From Camelus ferus (lineage: Eukaryota): a stretch of 64,000 nt of DNA. The stretch is from NCBI RefSeq assembly GCF_009834535.1, contig NC_045697.1, forward strand, positions 121,026,001 to 121,090,000, given 5' to 3'. Below the pieces are notes generated by a model. It made no database searches and was not told the DNA's origin. It worked only from the letters and a program-made list of their open reading frames with translations. This document shows positions 24,201-38,200 of this stretch, piece by piece. Position numbers and translations under genes: made by a program. Each line of letters starts with the position of its first letter. The first letter of the stretch is position 1.

Positions 24201-27200
24201 CGCGGCCGAGTGGGTGGGGGAGGTTTGGGACCGAACCCCACGAAGCTGCCGGGTGTTACATGTGTTCTCTGGCAGGGGGAATTCCGCTAATTACCTCCCC
24301 TGTCCAGGGGGAGGCGCTACATGCTACCTGCCTTTCCAGCCCAACACCAGCATTTCCCCGGCACACTGCATTAGGATACACTCGGTGAAGACAGGCGGAG
24401 GGCTCCTAGGAGATCCCAGGTGCTGCAGACAGAGGACGGAACCTCTCCACACTCAAAATTCCGGAACAAGGCCGAGTGGTTAGGGGAGGTTTGGGGCGGC
24501 CCTCCATGCAGCTGCCTGGTGTCACAGGTGTTCCAAACCAGGGGGAACTCCACTTTTACCTCTCCTGTCCAGGGGGATTCCCTAGATGCTACCTGCAATT
24601 CCAGCACAACACCAGGCTTTCCCTGCATCCCACACTATTAGACACTCGGGGAATATACGTGCAGGGCTCCTAGGAGATCCCAGTTGCTGCAGAGAGAATA
24701 CGGAACCTCCCCACACTCAGAATTCCGTAACGCGGCCGAGTGGGTGGGGGAGGTTTGGGGCAGCCATCCACGCAGCTGCCTGGTGTCACAGGTGTTCCCT
24801 TTCAGGGGGAAGACCGCTAATTACCACCCCTGTCCAGGGGGAGAAACTACATGTTACCTGCATTTCCAGCCTAACCCCCGCATTTCCCTGTCTGCCCGCA
24901 CTAGGAGACACTCGGGGAAGGCACGCGGAAGGCTCCTATGAGATCTCAGGCGCTGCAGACAGAGGACGGAACCTCCCCACACTCAGAATTCCAGAACAAG
25001 ACCGAGTGGGTGTGGGAGATTTGGGGCCGCCCTCCACGCAGATGCCTCTTGTCACAGGTGTTCCCTGGCAGGTTGAAGTACGCTAATTACCTTCCCCGTC
25101 CAGGGGGAGGCACTACATGCTACCTGGATTTCCAGCCCAACCCCCGCCTTTCCCCGGCTCCCCGCACTAGGATACACTCGGGGAAAGCACACGGAGGGCT
25201 CCTAGGTGATCCCAGGCGCTGCAGACAGAGTACGGACCTCCCCACACTCAGAAATCCGGAACGCGGCCGAGTAGGTGGGAGAGGTTTGGTTCCGCACTCC
25301 ACGCTGCTGCCTGGTGTCACAGGTGTTCCCAGGAAGGGGGAATTTCGCTAATTACCTACCCTGTCCAGGGGGAGGCACTACAAGCTACCTGCATTTCCAG
25401 CCCAACCCCCGCCTTTCCCCGGCTTCCCGCACTAGAGGACACTCGGGGAAGACACGCGGAGGGTTCCTGAGAGATCCCAGGTGCAGCAGACAGAGTACGG
25501 AACCTCCCCACACTCAGAATTCCAGAACAAGGCCGAGTGGGTGTGGGATTTTTGGGGCCGCCCTCCACGCAGCTGCCTGTTGTCACAGGTGTTCCCTGTC
25601 AGGGTGAAGTCCGCTAAATACCTTCCCCTTCCAGAGGGAGACACTACATTCTACCTGGATTTCCAGACCAACCCCCGCCTTTCCCCTGCTCCCCGCACGA
25701 GGATACACTCGGGGAAGGCACGCGGAGGGCTCCTAGGTGATCCCTGGCGCTGCAGAGTACGGACCTCCCCACACTCAGAAATCCGGAACGCGGCCGAGTA
25801 GGTGGGAGAGGTTTGGTTCCGCACTCCACGCAGTTTCCTGGTGTCAAATGTGTTCCCTTGCAGGGGAAATCTGCTAACTACCTCCACTATCCAGGGTGAG
25901 GCACTACATGCTACCTGTTTTTCCAGCCCAACGCCCGTTTTCCCCAGCATCCCGCACTAGGAGACACTCTGGAAGACACGTGGAGGGCTCCTAGGTGATA
26001 CCAGGCGCTTCAGACCGAAGACGGGACCTCCCCACACTCAGAATTCCGGAACTAGTCCGAATGTGTGTGGGAGGTTTGGGGCCGCCCTTCACGCAGCTGC
26101 GTGGTGTCACATGTGTTCCTTGATGGGAAATCCGCTAATTACCTCCCCTGTCCAGAGGGATGCACTACATGCTACCTGCATTTCCAGCCCAACCCAAAAT
26201 TTTCCCCTGCAGCCCACACTAGGAGACACTCTGGGAAGACACGCGGAGGGCGCCTAGGTGATCCCAGTCGGTGCAGACAGAGGACGGACCTCACGACACT
26301 CAGAATTCCGGAACGCGGCCGAGTGGGTCAGGGAGGTTTGGGGCCGCCCTCCACGAACCTGCCTAGTGTCACAGGTGTTCCCTGGCGGGGGAAAGTCCGC
26401 TAATTACCTCCCCTGTCCTGGGGGAGGCACTAGATGCTACCTGCGTTTCCAGCCCAACCCGCGACTTTCCCCGGAAGCCCGCACAAGGAGACAATCGGGG
26501 AAGACACGCGAATGGTTCCAAGGACGTCCCAGGCGCTGCAGACAGAGGACGGAACCTCCCCACACTCAGAATTCCGGAACGCGGCCGAGTGGGTGGGAAA
26601 GGTTTGGGCACGCCATCCTCCCAGCTGCCTGGTGTCACAGGTGTTCCCTGGCAGGGGGATTACCGCTAATTACCTCCCCAGTCCAGGGGGAGGCACTACA
26701 TGTTACCTGCTTTTCCATTACAACCCCCGACTTTCCCGGGCAGCCCGCACTAGGAGACACTCGGGGAAGACACGCGGAGGGCTCCTAGGAGATCTCAGGC
26801 GCTGCAGACAGAGTACGGACCTCCCCACACTCAGAAATCCGGAACGCGGCTGAGTAGGTGAGAGAGGTTTGGTTCCGCACTCCACGCAGTTTCCTGGTGT
26901 CAAATGTGTTCCCTTGCAGGGGAAATCTGCTAATTACCTCCCCTGTCCAGGGGGAGGCACTAGATGCTACCTGCATTTCCAGCCCAACACCCGTTTTCCC
27001 CAGCATCCCGCACTAGGAGACACTCTGGAAGACACGTGGAGGGCTCCTAGGTGATACCAGGCGCTTCAGACCAAGACGGGACCTCCCCACACTCAGAATT
27101 CCGGAACGCGGCCGAGTGGGTGGGAAAGGTTTGGGCACGCCATCCTCCCAGCTGCCTGGTGTCACAGGTGTTCCCTGGCAGGGGGATTACCGCTAATTAC

Positions 27201-27480
27201 CTCCCCAGTCCAGGGGGAGGCACTACATGTTACCTGCTTTTCCATTACAACCCCCGACTTTCCCGGGCAGCCCGCACTAGGAGACACTCGAGGAAGACAC
27301 GCGGAGGGCTCCTAGGAGATCTCAGGCGCTTCAGACAGAAGAAGGAACCCCCCCAAACTCAGAAATCCGGAACGCGGCCGAGTTTGTTGGGTAAGTTTGG
27401 TGCCGCACTCCGCGCATTTGCCTGGTGTCATATTTGTTCCCTTTCAGGGGGAATTCCGCTAATTACCTCCCCTGTCCAGG
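21240..27480 (+). repeat. HOR block, period 3974/3970 bp (15 monomers), about 1.6 copies
   Basis: ORF offsets 3974 (21301/25275, 21507/25481), then 3970 (22093/26063, 22464/26434, 23081/27051) after a 4-bp deletion at ~25755 (TGCAGAGTAC vs TGCAGACAGAGTAC). Confidence 0.9.
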
Positions 27481-28004
27481 AGGAGTCTCTAGATGCTACC
27501 TGCATATCCAGCAAAACCCCCGCTTTTCAACGGCTCCCCGTAATAAGAGACACTATGGGAAGGCACGTGGATGGCTCCTAGGAGATCCCAGGGGCTGGAG
27601 ATCGAAGACCAAACCTCCCCAATCTCAGAATTCCGGAATGCGGCCGAGTGGGTGGGGGAGGTTTGGGACAGAACCCCACGAAGCTGTCGGGTGTTACATG
27701 TGTTCTGTGGCAGGGTGAAGTCCGCTAAATACCTTCCCCTTCCAGAGGGAGGCACTACATGCTACCTGGATTTCCAGCCCAACACCCGCCTTTCCCCTGC
27801 TCCCCGCACAAGGATACACTCGGGGAAGGCACGCGGAGGGCTCCTAGGTGATCCTAGGCGCTGCAGACAGAGTACGGACCTCCCCACAATCAGAAATCCG
27901 GAACGCGGCCGAGTAGGTGGGAGAGGTTTGGTTCCGCACTCCACGAAGCTGCCTGGTGTCAAATGTGTTCACTTGCAGGGGAAATCTGCTAATTACCTCC
28001 ACTA

Positions 28005-31000
28005 TCCAGGGGGAGGCACTACATGCTACCTGCTTTTCCAGCCCAACGCCCGTTTTCCCCAGCATCCCGCACTAGGAGACTGTCTGGAAGACACGTGGAG
28101 GGCTCCTATGTGATACCAGGCGCTTCAGACCGAAGGCGGGACCTCCCCACACTCAGAATTCCGGAACGAGTCCGAATGTTTGTGGGAGGTTTGGGGCCGC
28201 CCTTCACGCAGCTGCGTGGTGTCACATGTGTTCCTTGATGGGAAATTCGCTAATTACCTCCCCTGTCCAGAGGGAGGCACTACATGCTACCTGCATTTTC
28301 AGCCCAACCCAAAATTTTCCCCAGCAGCCCGCACTTGGAGACACTCTGGGAAGATACGCGGAGGGCGCCTAGTTGATCCCAGTTGGTGCAGACAGAGGAC
28401 GGACCTCACGACACTCAGAATTCCGGAACGCGGCCGAGTGGGTCAGGGAGGTTTGGGGCCGCCCTCCACGAACCTGCCTAGTGTCACAGGTGTTCCCTGG
28501 CGGGGGAAAGTCCGCTAATTACCTCCCCTGTCCTGGGGGAGGCACTAGATGCTACCTGCGTTTCCAGCCAAACCCGCGACTTTCCCCGGAAGCCCGCACA
28601 AGGAGACAATCGGGGAAGACACGCGAATGGTTCCAAGGACGTCCCAGGCGCTGCAGACAGAGGACGGAACCTCCCCACACTCAGAATTCCGGAACGCGGC
28701 CGAGTGGGTGGGAAAGGTTTGGGCACGCCATCCTCCCAGCTGCCTGGTGTCACAGGTGTTCCCTGGCAGGGGGATTACCGCTAATTACCTCCCCAGTCCA
28801 GGGGGAGGCACTACATGTTACCTGCTTTTCCATTACAACCCTCGACTTTCCCGGGCAGCCTGCACTAGGAGACACTCGGGGAAGACACGCAGAGGGCTCC
28901 TAGGAGATCTCAGGCGCTGCAGACAGAAGAAGAAACCCCCCCACACTCAGAAATCCGGAACGCGGCCGAGTTGGTTGGGTAAGTTTGGTGCCGCACTCCG
29001 CGCATCTGCCTGGTGTCACATTTGTTCCCTTTCAGGGGGAATTCCGCTAATTACCTCCCCTGTCCAGGGGGAGGCACTACATATTACCTGGTATTCCAGC
29101 CCAACCCCCGCCTTTCCCCGGCATCCCGCATTAGGAGACACTCGGGGAAGACACGCGGAGTGCTCCTAGGTGATCCCAGGCGCTGCAGAGAGAGTACGGC
29201 ACCTCCCCACACTGAGAATTCCGGAACGCGGCCGAGTGGGTGGGGGAGGTTTGGGGCAGCACTCCAGGCAGCTGCCTGGTGTCACAGGTGTTCCCTGGCA
29301 GGGGGAAGACCGCTAATTACTACCCCTGTCCAGGGGGAGAAACTAAATGCTTCCTGCATTTCCAGAACTACCCCCACTTTCCCCGGCATCCAGCAAGAGG
29401 AGACACTCGGTTAACACATGCGGAGGGCTCCTATGGGATCTCAGTCGCTGCAGACAGAGGACAGAACCTCCCCACACTCAGAATACCGGAACGCGGCCGA
29501 GTGGTTGTTGAGGTTTGGGGCCGACCTCCAGGCAGCTGCCTGGTGTCACAGGTGTTCCCTGGCAGGGGGAATTCCGCTAATTACCTCCCCTGTCCAGGGA
29601 GAGGCACTACATGCTACCTGCATTTCCAGCCCAACCCCCGCCATTCCCTGACTCCCAGCACTAGGATACACCCTAGGAAGGCACGCGGAGGGCTCCTAGT
29701 GATCCCAGGCGCTGCAGAAAGAGTACGGAACTTCCCCACACTCAGAATTCCGGAACGCGGCCGAGTGGGTGGGGTAGGTTTGGCATAACCCCACACGCAG
29801 CAGCCTAATGTCACAGGTGTTCCCTGGAAGGGGGAAATTCGCTAATTACCTACCCTGTCCAGGGGGAGGCACTACAAGCTACCTGCATTTCCAGCCCAAC
29901 CCCCGCCTTTCCCCGGGTTCCTGCACAAGGGGACACTCGCTGAAGACTCGCGGAGGGCTCCTGGGAGATCCCAGGTGCAGCAGACAGATTACGGAACCTC
30001 CCCACACTCAGAATTCCAGAACAAGGCCGAGTGGTTGTGGGATTTTTGGGGCCGCCCTCCACGCAGCTGCCTGTTGTCACAGTTGTTCCCTGGCAGGGGG
30101 AATTCCGCTATTTACATTCCCTGTCCAGGGGGAGGCACTACATGCTACCTGCTTTTCCAGCCCAACGCCCGTTTTCCCCAGCATCCCGCACTAGGAGACT
30201 GTCTGGAAGACACGTGGAGGGCTCCTATGTGATACCAGGCGCTTCAGACCGAAGACGGGACCTCCCCACACTCAGAATTCCGGAACGAGTCCGAATGTTT
30301 GTGGGAGGTTTGGGGCCGCCCTTCACGCAGCTGCGTGGTGTCACATGTGTTCCTTGATGGGAAATTCGCTAATTACCTCCCCTGTCCAGAGGGAGGCACT
30401 ACATGCTACCTGCATTTTCAGCCCAACCCAAAATTTTCCCCAGCAGCCCGCACTTGGAGACACTCTGGGAAGATACGCGGAGGGCGCCTAGTTGATCCCA
30501 GTTGGTGCAGACAGAGGACGGACCTCACGACACTCAGAATTCCGGAACGCGGCCGAGTGGGTCAGGGAGGTTTGGGGCCGCCCTCCACGAACCTGCCTAG
30601 TGTCACAGGTGTTCCCTGGCGGGGGAAAGTCCGCTAATTACCTCCCCTGTCCTGGGGGAGGCACTAGATGCTACCTGCGTTTCCAGCCAAACCCGCGACT
30701 TTCCCCGGAAGCCCGCACAAGGAGACAATCGGGGAAGACACGCGAATGGTTCCAAGGACGTCCCAGGCGCTGCAGACAGAGGACGGAACCTCCCCACACT
30801 CAGAATTCCGGAACGCGGCCGAGTGGGTGGGAAAGGTTTGGGCACGCCATCCTCCCAGCTGCCTGGTGTCACAGGTGTTCCCTGGCAGGGGGATTACCGC
30901 TAATTACCTCCCCAGTCCAGGGGGAGGCACTACATGTTACCTGCTTTTCCATTACAACCCTCGACTTTCCCGGGCAGCCTGCACTAGGAGACACTCGGGG

Positions 31001-32260
31001 AAGACACGCAGAGGGCTCCTAGGAGATCTCAGGCGCTGCAGACAGAAGAAGAAACCCCCCCACACTCAGAAATCCGGAACGCGGCCGAGTTGGTTGGGTA
31101 AGTTTGGTGCCGCACTCCGCGCATCTGCCTGGTGTCACATTTGTTCCCTTTCAGGGGGAATTCCGCTAATTACCTCCCCTGTCCAGGGGGAGGCACTACA
31201 TATTACCTGGTATTCCAGCCCAACCCCCGCCTTTCCCCGGCATCCCGCATTAGGAGACACTCGGGGAAGACACGCGGAGTGCTCCTAGGTGATCCCAGGC
31301 GCTGCAGAGAGAGTACGGCACCTCCCCACACTGAGAATTCCGGAACGCGGCCGAGTGGGTGGGGGAGGTTTGGGGCAGCACTCCAGGCAGCTGCCTGGTG
31401 TCACAGGTGTTCCCTGGCAGGGGGAAGACCGCTAATTACTACCCCTGTCCAGGGGGAGAAACTAAATGCTTCCTGCATTTCCAGAACTACCCCCACTTTC
31501 CCCGGCATCCAGCAAGAGGAGACACTCGGTTAACACATGCGGAGGGCTCCTATGGGATCTCAGTCGCTGCAGACAGAGGACAGAACCTCCCCACACTCAG
31601 AATACCGGAACGCGGCCGAGTGGTTGTTGAGGTTTGGGGCCGACCTCCAGGCAGCTGCCTGGTGTCACAGGTGTTCCCTGGCAGGGGGAATTCCGCTAAT
31701 TACCTCCCCTGTCCAGGGAGAGGCACTACATGCTACCTGCATTTCCAGCCCAACCCCCCGCCATTCCCTGGCTCCCAGCACTAGGATACACCCTAGGAAG
31801 GCACGCGGAGGGCTCCTAGTGATCCCAGGCGCTGCAGAAAGAGTACGGAACTTCCCCACACTCAGAATTCCGGAACGCGGCCGAGTGGGTGGGGTAGGTT
31901 TGGCATAACCCCACACGCAGCAGCCTAATGTCACAGGTGTTCCCTGGAAGGGGGAAATTCGCTAATTACCTACCCTGTCCAGGGGGAGGCACTACAAGCT
32001 ACCTGCATTTCCAGCCCAACCCCCGCCTTTCCCCGGGTTCCCGCACAAGGGGACACTCGCTGAAGACTCGCGGAGGGCTCCTGGGAGATCCCAGGTGCAG
32101 CAGACAGATTACGGAACCTCCCCACACTCAGAATTCCAGAACAAGGCCGAGTGGTTGTGGGATTTTTGGGGCCGCCCTCCACGCAGCTGCCTGTTGTCAC
32201 AGGTGTTCCCTGGTAGGGGGAATTCCGCTATTTACATTCCCTGTCCAGGGGGAGGCACTA
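28005..32260 (+). repeat. Recent tandem duplication of an 8-monomer unit (2119 bp)
   Basis: Identical or near-identical ORFs at offset 2119-2120 (28180/30299, 28549/30668, 29013/31132, 29808/31928). The junction lies within TCCAGGGGGAGGCACTA at 30124-30140. Confidence 0.95.
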
Positions 32261-35200
32261 TATGCTACCTGCTTTTCCAGGACAAAAACCGCTTTTCCCC
32301 GGCAGCCCATACTAGGTGACACTCTGAGAATTCACGCGGAGGGCTCCTAGGAAATCCCACGCGCTGCAGAGAGAAGACCGAACTTCCCCACACTCAGAAG
32401 TCCGGAACGTGGCGGAGTTTGTGCGGGAGGTTTGGGTCTTCCATCCACGAAGCTATCTGGGGTCACAGGTGTTCCCTGGCAGGGGGAAGTCCGCTAATTA
32501 CCTCCACTGTCCATGGGGATGCACTAGATTCTACCTGCGTTTCCAACCCAATGCCCGCCTTTCCCCGTTAGCCCGCACAAGGAGACACTCGGGGAAGACA
32601 CGCGGAGTGTTCCCAGGACGTCCCAAGCGCTGCAGACAGAGGACGGAACCTCCCCACTCTCAGAATTCTGGAACGCGGCCGACAAGGTGGGAAAGGTTTG
32701 GGCCCGCCCTCCACGCAGCTGCCTGGTGTCACAGGTGTTCCCTGGCAGGGGGAATTCCGCTATTTACCTTCCCTGTCCAGGGGGAGGCACTATATGCTAC
32801 CTGCTTTTCCAGGACAAAACCCGCTTTTCCCCAGAAGCCCATACTAGGTGACACTCTGGGAATTCACGCGAAGGGCTCCAAGGAAATCCCAAGCGCTGCA
32901 GAGAGAAGACCGAACTTCCCCACACTCAGAAGTCCGGAACGCGGCGGAGTTTGTGCGGGAGGCTTGGGTCTTCCTTCCACGAAGCTATCTGGGGTCACAG
33001 GTGTTCCCTGGCAGGGGGAAGTCCGCTAATTACCTCCACTGTCCATGGGGATGCACTGGATTCTACCTGCGTTTCCAGCCCAATGCCCGCCTTTCCCCGT
33101 TAGCCGGCACAAGGAGACACTCGGGGAAGACACGCGGAGTGTTCCCAGGACGTCCCAAGCGCTGCAGACAGAGGACGAAACCTCCCCAAACTCAGAATTC
33201 CGGAACGCGGCCGACAAGGTGGGAAAGGTTTGGGCCCGCCCTCCACGTAGCTGCCTGGTGTCACAGGTGTTCCCTGGCAGGGGGAAGTCCACTAAATAAC
33301 TCCCCTGTCCAGGGGGAGGCACTAGATGCTACCTGCATTTCCAGCCCAACCCCCGAAATTCCCCATCACACCGCACTAGGATACACTCGAGGAAGACACG
33401 CGGAGGGATCCCAGGAGATCACAGGCGCTGCAGATAGAAGAAGGATCCTCCCCACACTCAGAATTCCAAAACGCGGCCGAGTTATTGGGGGAGGTTTGGG
33501 GCCGCCATTCACGCATCTGCCTCGTGTCACAGGTGTTCCCTGGAAGGGGGAATGTCCGCTAATTACCTCCCCTGTTCAGTGGGAGGCACTACATGCTACC
33601 TGCATTTCCAGCCCTACCCCCACCGTTCCCCGGCATCCAGCAAGAGGAGACACTCGGGGAAGACATGCGGAGTGCTCCCAGGAGATCCCAGGAGCTGAAG
33701 AGAGAGTACAGAACTTCCCCACCCTCAGAATAACGGAACGCGGACGAGTGTTTTCGGGAGGTTTGGGTCCGACCTCAACGCAGCTGCCTTTTGTCACAGG
33801 TGTTCCAAGCCAGGGGGAATTCCGTTTTACCTCTCCTGTCCAGGGGGATTCCCTAGATGCTACATGCAATTCCAGCACAACACCAGGCTTTCCCTGCATC
33901 CCACACTAGGATACATTCGGGGAATACACGTGAAGGCTCCAAGGTGATCCCAGGTGCTGCAGAGAGAATACGGAACCTCCCCACACTCAGAATTCCGTAA
34001 CGCGGCCGAGTGGGTGGGGGAGGTTTGGGGCCGCTTTCCACGCAGCTGCCTCTTGTCACAGGTGTTCCCTGGCAGGGTGAAGTACGCTAATTACCTTCCC
34101 CGTCCAGGGGGAGGCACTACATGCTACCTGGATTTCCAGCCAACCCCCGCCTTTCCCCAGCTCCCCGCACTAGGATACACTCGGGGAAGGCACGCGGAGG
34201 GCTCCTAGGTGATCCCAGGCGCTGCAGCCAGAGTACGGACCTCCCCACACTCAGAAATCCGGAACGCTGCCGAGTAGGTGGGAAAGGTTTGGTTCCGCAC
34301 TCCACGCAGCTGCCTGGTGTCAAATGTGTTCCCTTGCATGGGAAATGAGCTAATTACCTCCACTATCCAGGGGGAGGCACTACATGCTAACTGCTTTTCC
34401 ATCACAACCCCCAATTTTCTCCGGCAGCCCGCACTAGCAGACACTGTGGAAGACAATTGGAGGGCTCCCGAAGACGGGACCTCCCCACACTCAGAATTCC
34501 GGAATGAGTCCGAATGTGTGTGGGAGGTTTGGGGCCGCCCTTCACGTAGCTGCGTGGTGTCACATGTGTTCCTTGATGGGAAATCCGCTAATTACCTCCC
34601 CTGTCCAGAGGGAGGCACTACATGCTACCTGCATTTCCAGCCCAACCCCCGATTTTCTCCGGCAGCCCGCACTAGGAGACCCTCTGGGAAGACACGCGGA
34701 GGGCGCCTAAGTGATCCCAGTCGTTACAGAGAGAGGACGGACCTCACCACACTCAGAATTCCGGAACGCGGCCGAGTGGGTCAGGGAGGTTTGGGGCCGA
34801 ACTCCACGAACCTGCCTAGTGTCACAGGTGTTCCCTGGCAGGGGAAAGTCCGCTAATTACCTCCCCTGTCCTGGGGGAGGCACTAGATGCTACCTGCGTT
34901 TCCAGCCCAACCCGCGAATTTCCCCGGAAGCCCGCACAAGGAGACAATCGGGGAAGACACGCGAATGGTACCAAGGACGTCCCAGGCGCTGCAGACAGAG
35001 GACGGAACCTCCCCACACTCAGAATTCCGGAACGCGGCCGAGTGGGTGGGAAAGATTTGGGCACGCCATCCTCCCAGCTGCCTGGTATCACAGGTGTTCC
35101 CTTGCAGGGGAATTCTGCTAATTACCTCCCCAGTCCAGGGGGAGGCACTACATGTTACCTGCTTTTCCATCACAACCCTCGAATTTCCCGGGCAGCCTGC

Positions 35201-38200
35201 ACTAGGAGACACTCGGGGAAGTCACGCGGAGGGCTCCTAGGAGATCCCAGGCGCTGCAGACAGAGTACGGAACCTCCCAAATCTCAGAATACCAATACAC
35301 GGCCGAGTGGGTGTGGGAGGATTGGGACCACACTCCACGCAGCTCCCTGGTGTCACAGGTGTTCCCAGGAAAGGGTAAGTCCGCTGAATACCTCCCCTGT
35401 CCAGGGGGAGGCACTAGATGCTACCTGCATTTCCAGAACAACCCCCGCTTTTCCCCGGCTCCCCGAACTAGGATACACTCGGGGAAGACACGCGGAGGGC
35501 TCCTAGGAGACCCCAGGCGCTGCAGAAAGAAGACCGAACCTCCCCACACTCAGAATTCCGGAACAAGGCCGAGTGGGTGTGGGAGGTTTGGGGACGCCCT
35601 CCACGCAGCTGCTTGTTGTCACAGGTGTTCCCTGGCAGGGGGAATTCCGCTAATTACCTCCCCAGTCCAGGAGGAGTCACTAGATGCTACCTGCATATCC
35701 AGGAATCCCCCGCATTTCAACGGCTCCCCGTAATAGGAGACACTATGGGAAGGCACGTGGATGGCTCCCAGGAGATCCCAGCGGCTGGAGACCGAAGACC
35801 AAACCTCCCCAAACTCAGAATTCCGGAATGCGGCCGAGTGGGTGGGGGAGGTTTGGGACCGAACCCCACGAAGCTGCCTGGTGTTACATGTGTTCTCTGG
35901 CATTGGGAAGTCCGCTAATTACCTCCCCTGTCCAGGGGGAGGCGCTACATGCTACCTGCCTTTCCAGCACAACACCAGCATTTCCCCGGCACACTGCACT
36001 AGGATACACTCGGTGAAGACAGGCGGAGGGCTCCTAGGAGATCCCAGGTGCTGCAGACAGAAAACGGAACCGCTCCACACTCAAAATTCCGGAACAAGGC
36101 CGAGTGGTTAGGGGAGGTTTGGGGCGGCCCTCTACGCATCTGCCTGGTGTCACAGGTGTTCCCTGGAAGGGGGAAGTCCGCTAATTACCTCCCCTGTTCA
36201 GGGGGAGGCACTACATGCTACCTGCATTTCCAGCCCTACCCCCATCATTCCCCGGCATCCAGCAAGAGGAGACACTCGGGGAAGACATGCGGAGTGCTCC
36301 TAGGAGATCCCAGGAGCTGAAGAGAGAGTACAGAACTTCCCCACCCTCAGAATAACGGAACGCGGACTAGTGATTTCGGGAGGTTTGGGTCCGACCTCGA
36401 CGCAGCTGCCTTTTGTCACCGGTGTTCCAATCCAGGGGGAACTCCGCATTTACCTCTCCTGTCCAGGGGGATTCCCTAGATGCTACCTGCAATTCCAGCA
36501 CAACACCAGGTTTCCCTGCATCCCACACTAGGAGACACTCGGGGAATACACGTGGAGGGCTCCTAGGTGATCCCAGGTGATGCAGAGAGAATACGGAACC
36601 TCCCCACACTTAGAATTCCGTAACGCGGCCGAGTGGGTGGGGGAGGTTTGGGGCCGCCTTCCACGCAGCTGCCTGGTGTCACAGGTGTTCCCTGGCAGGG
36701 GGAAGACCGCTAATTACTACCCCTGTCCAGGGGGAGAAACTACATGCTAACTGCATTTCCAGCCCAACCCCCACATTTCCCCGTCTGCCCGCACTAGGAG
36801 ACACTCGGGGAAGGCACGCGGAGGGCTCCTATGAGATCTCAGGCGCTGCAGACAGAGGACGGAACATCCCCACTCTCAGAATTCCAGAACAAGTCCGAGT
36901 GGGTGTGGGAGGTTTGGGGCCGCCCTCCACGCAGCTGCCTCTTGTCACAGGTGTTCCCTGGCAGGGTGAAGTACGCTAATTACCTTCCCCGTCCAGGGGG
37001 AGGCACTACATGCTACCTGGATTTCCAGCCAAACCCCCGCCTTTCCCGGCTCCCCGCACTAGGATACACTCGGGGAAGGCACGCGGAGGGCTCCTAGCTG
37101 ATCCCAGGCGCTGCAGACAGAGTACGGAACACCTCACACTCAGAAATCCGGAACGCGGCCGAGTAGGTGGGAGAGGTTTGGTTCCGCACTCCACGCAGCT
37201 GCCTGGTGTCACAGGTGTTCCCTGGAAGGGGGAATCCGCTAATTACCTCCCCTGTTCAGGGGGAGGCACTGCATGCTTCCTGCATTTCCAGAACTACCCC
37301 CACTTTCCCCGGCATCCAGCAAGAGGAGACACTCGGTTAACACATGCGGAGGGCTCCTATGTGGTCTCAGGCGCTGCAGACAGTGGACAGAACCTCACCA
37401 CACTCAGAATACCGGAACGCGGCCGAGTGGTTGGTTGAGGTTTGGGGCCGATCTCCACGCAGCTGCCTGGTGTCACAGGTGTTCCCTGGCAGGGGGAATT
37501 CCGCTAATTACCTCCCCTGTCCAGGGAGAGGCACTACATGCTACCTGCATTTCCAGCCCAACCCCCGCCATTCCCTGGCTCCCAGCACTAGGATACACCC
37601 TAGGAAGGCACGCGGAGGGCTCCTAGTGATCCCAGGCGCTGCAGAAAGAGTACGGAACTTCCCCACACTCAGAATTCCGGAACGCGCCCGAGTGGGTGGG
37701 GTAGGTTTGGCATAACCCCACACGCAGCAGCCTAATGTCACAGGTGTTCCCTGGAAGGGGGAAATTCGCTAATTACCTACCCTGTAAAGGGGGAGGCACT
37801 ACAAGCTACCTGCATTTCCAGCCCAAACCCCGCCTTTCCCCGGGTTCCCACACTAGGGGACACTCGGTGAAGACACGCGGAGGGCTCCTGGGAGATCCCA
37901 GGTGCAGCAGACAGATTACGGAACCTCCCCACACTCAGAATTCCAGAACAAGGCCGAGTGGGTGTGGGATTTTTGGGGCCGCCCTCCACGCAGCTGCCTG
38001 TTGTCACAGGTGTTCCCTGGCAGGGGGAATTCCGCTATTTACCTTCCCTGTCCAGGGGGAGGCACTATATGCTACCTGCTTTTCCAGGACAAAACCCGCT
38101 TTTCCCCGGCAGCCCATACTAGGTGACACTCTGGGAATTCACGCGGAGGGCTCCTAGGAAATCCCACGCGCTGCAGAGAGAAGACCGAACCTCCCCACAC

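Noticed and set aside
32848..33909. Longest ORF (353 aa)
   Set aside because: It is a read-through of four monomers. The sister copy at 53681 stops at 277 aa because a single base (CCCAGG vs CCTAGG) differs, so there is no sign of conservation.
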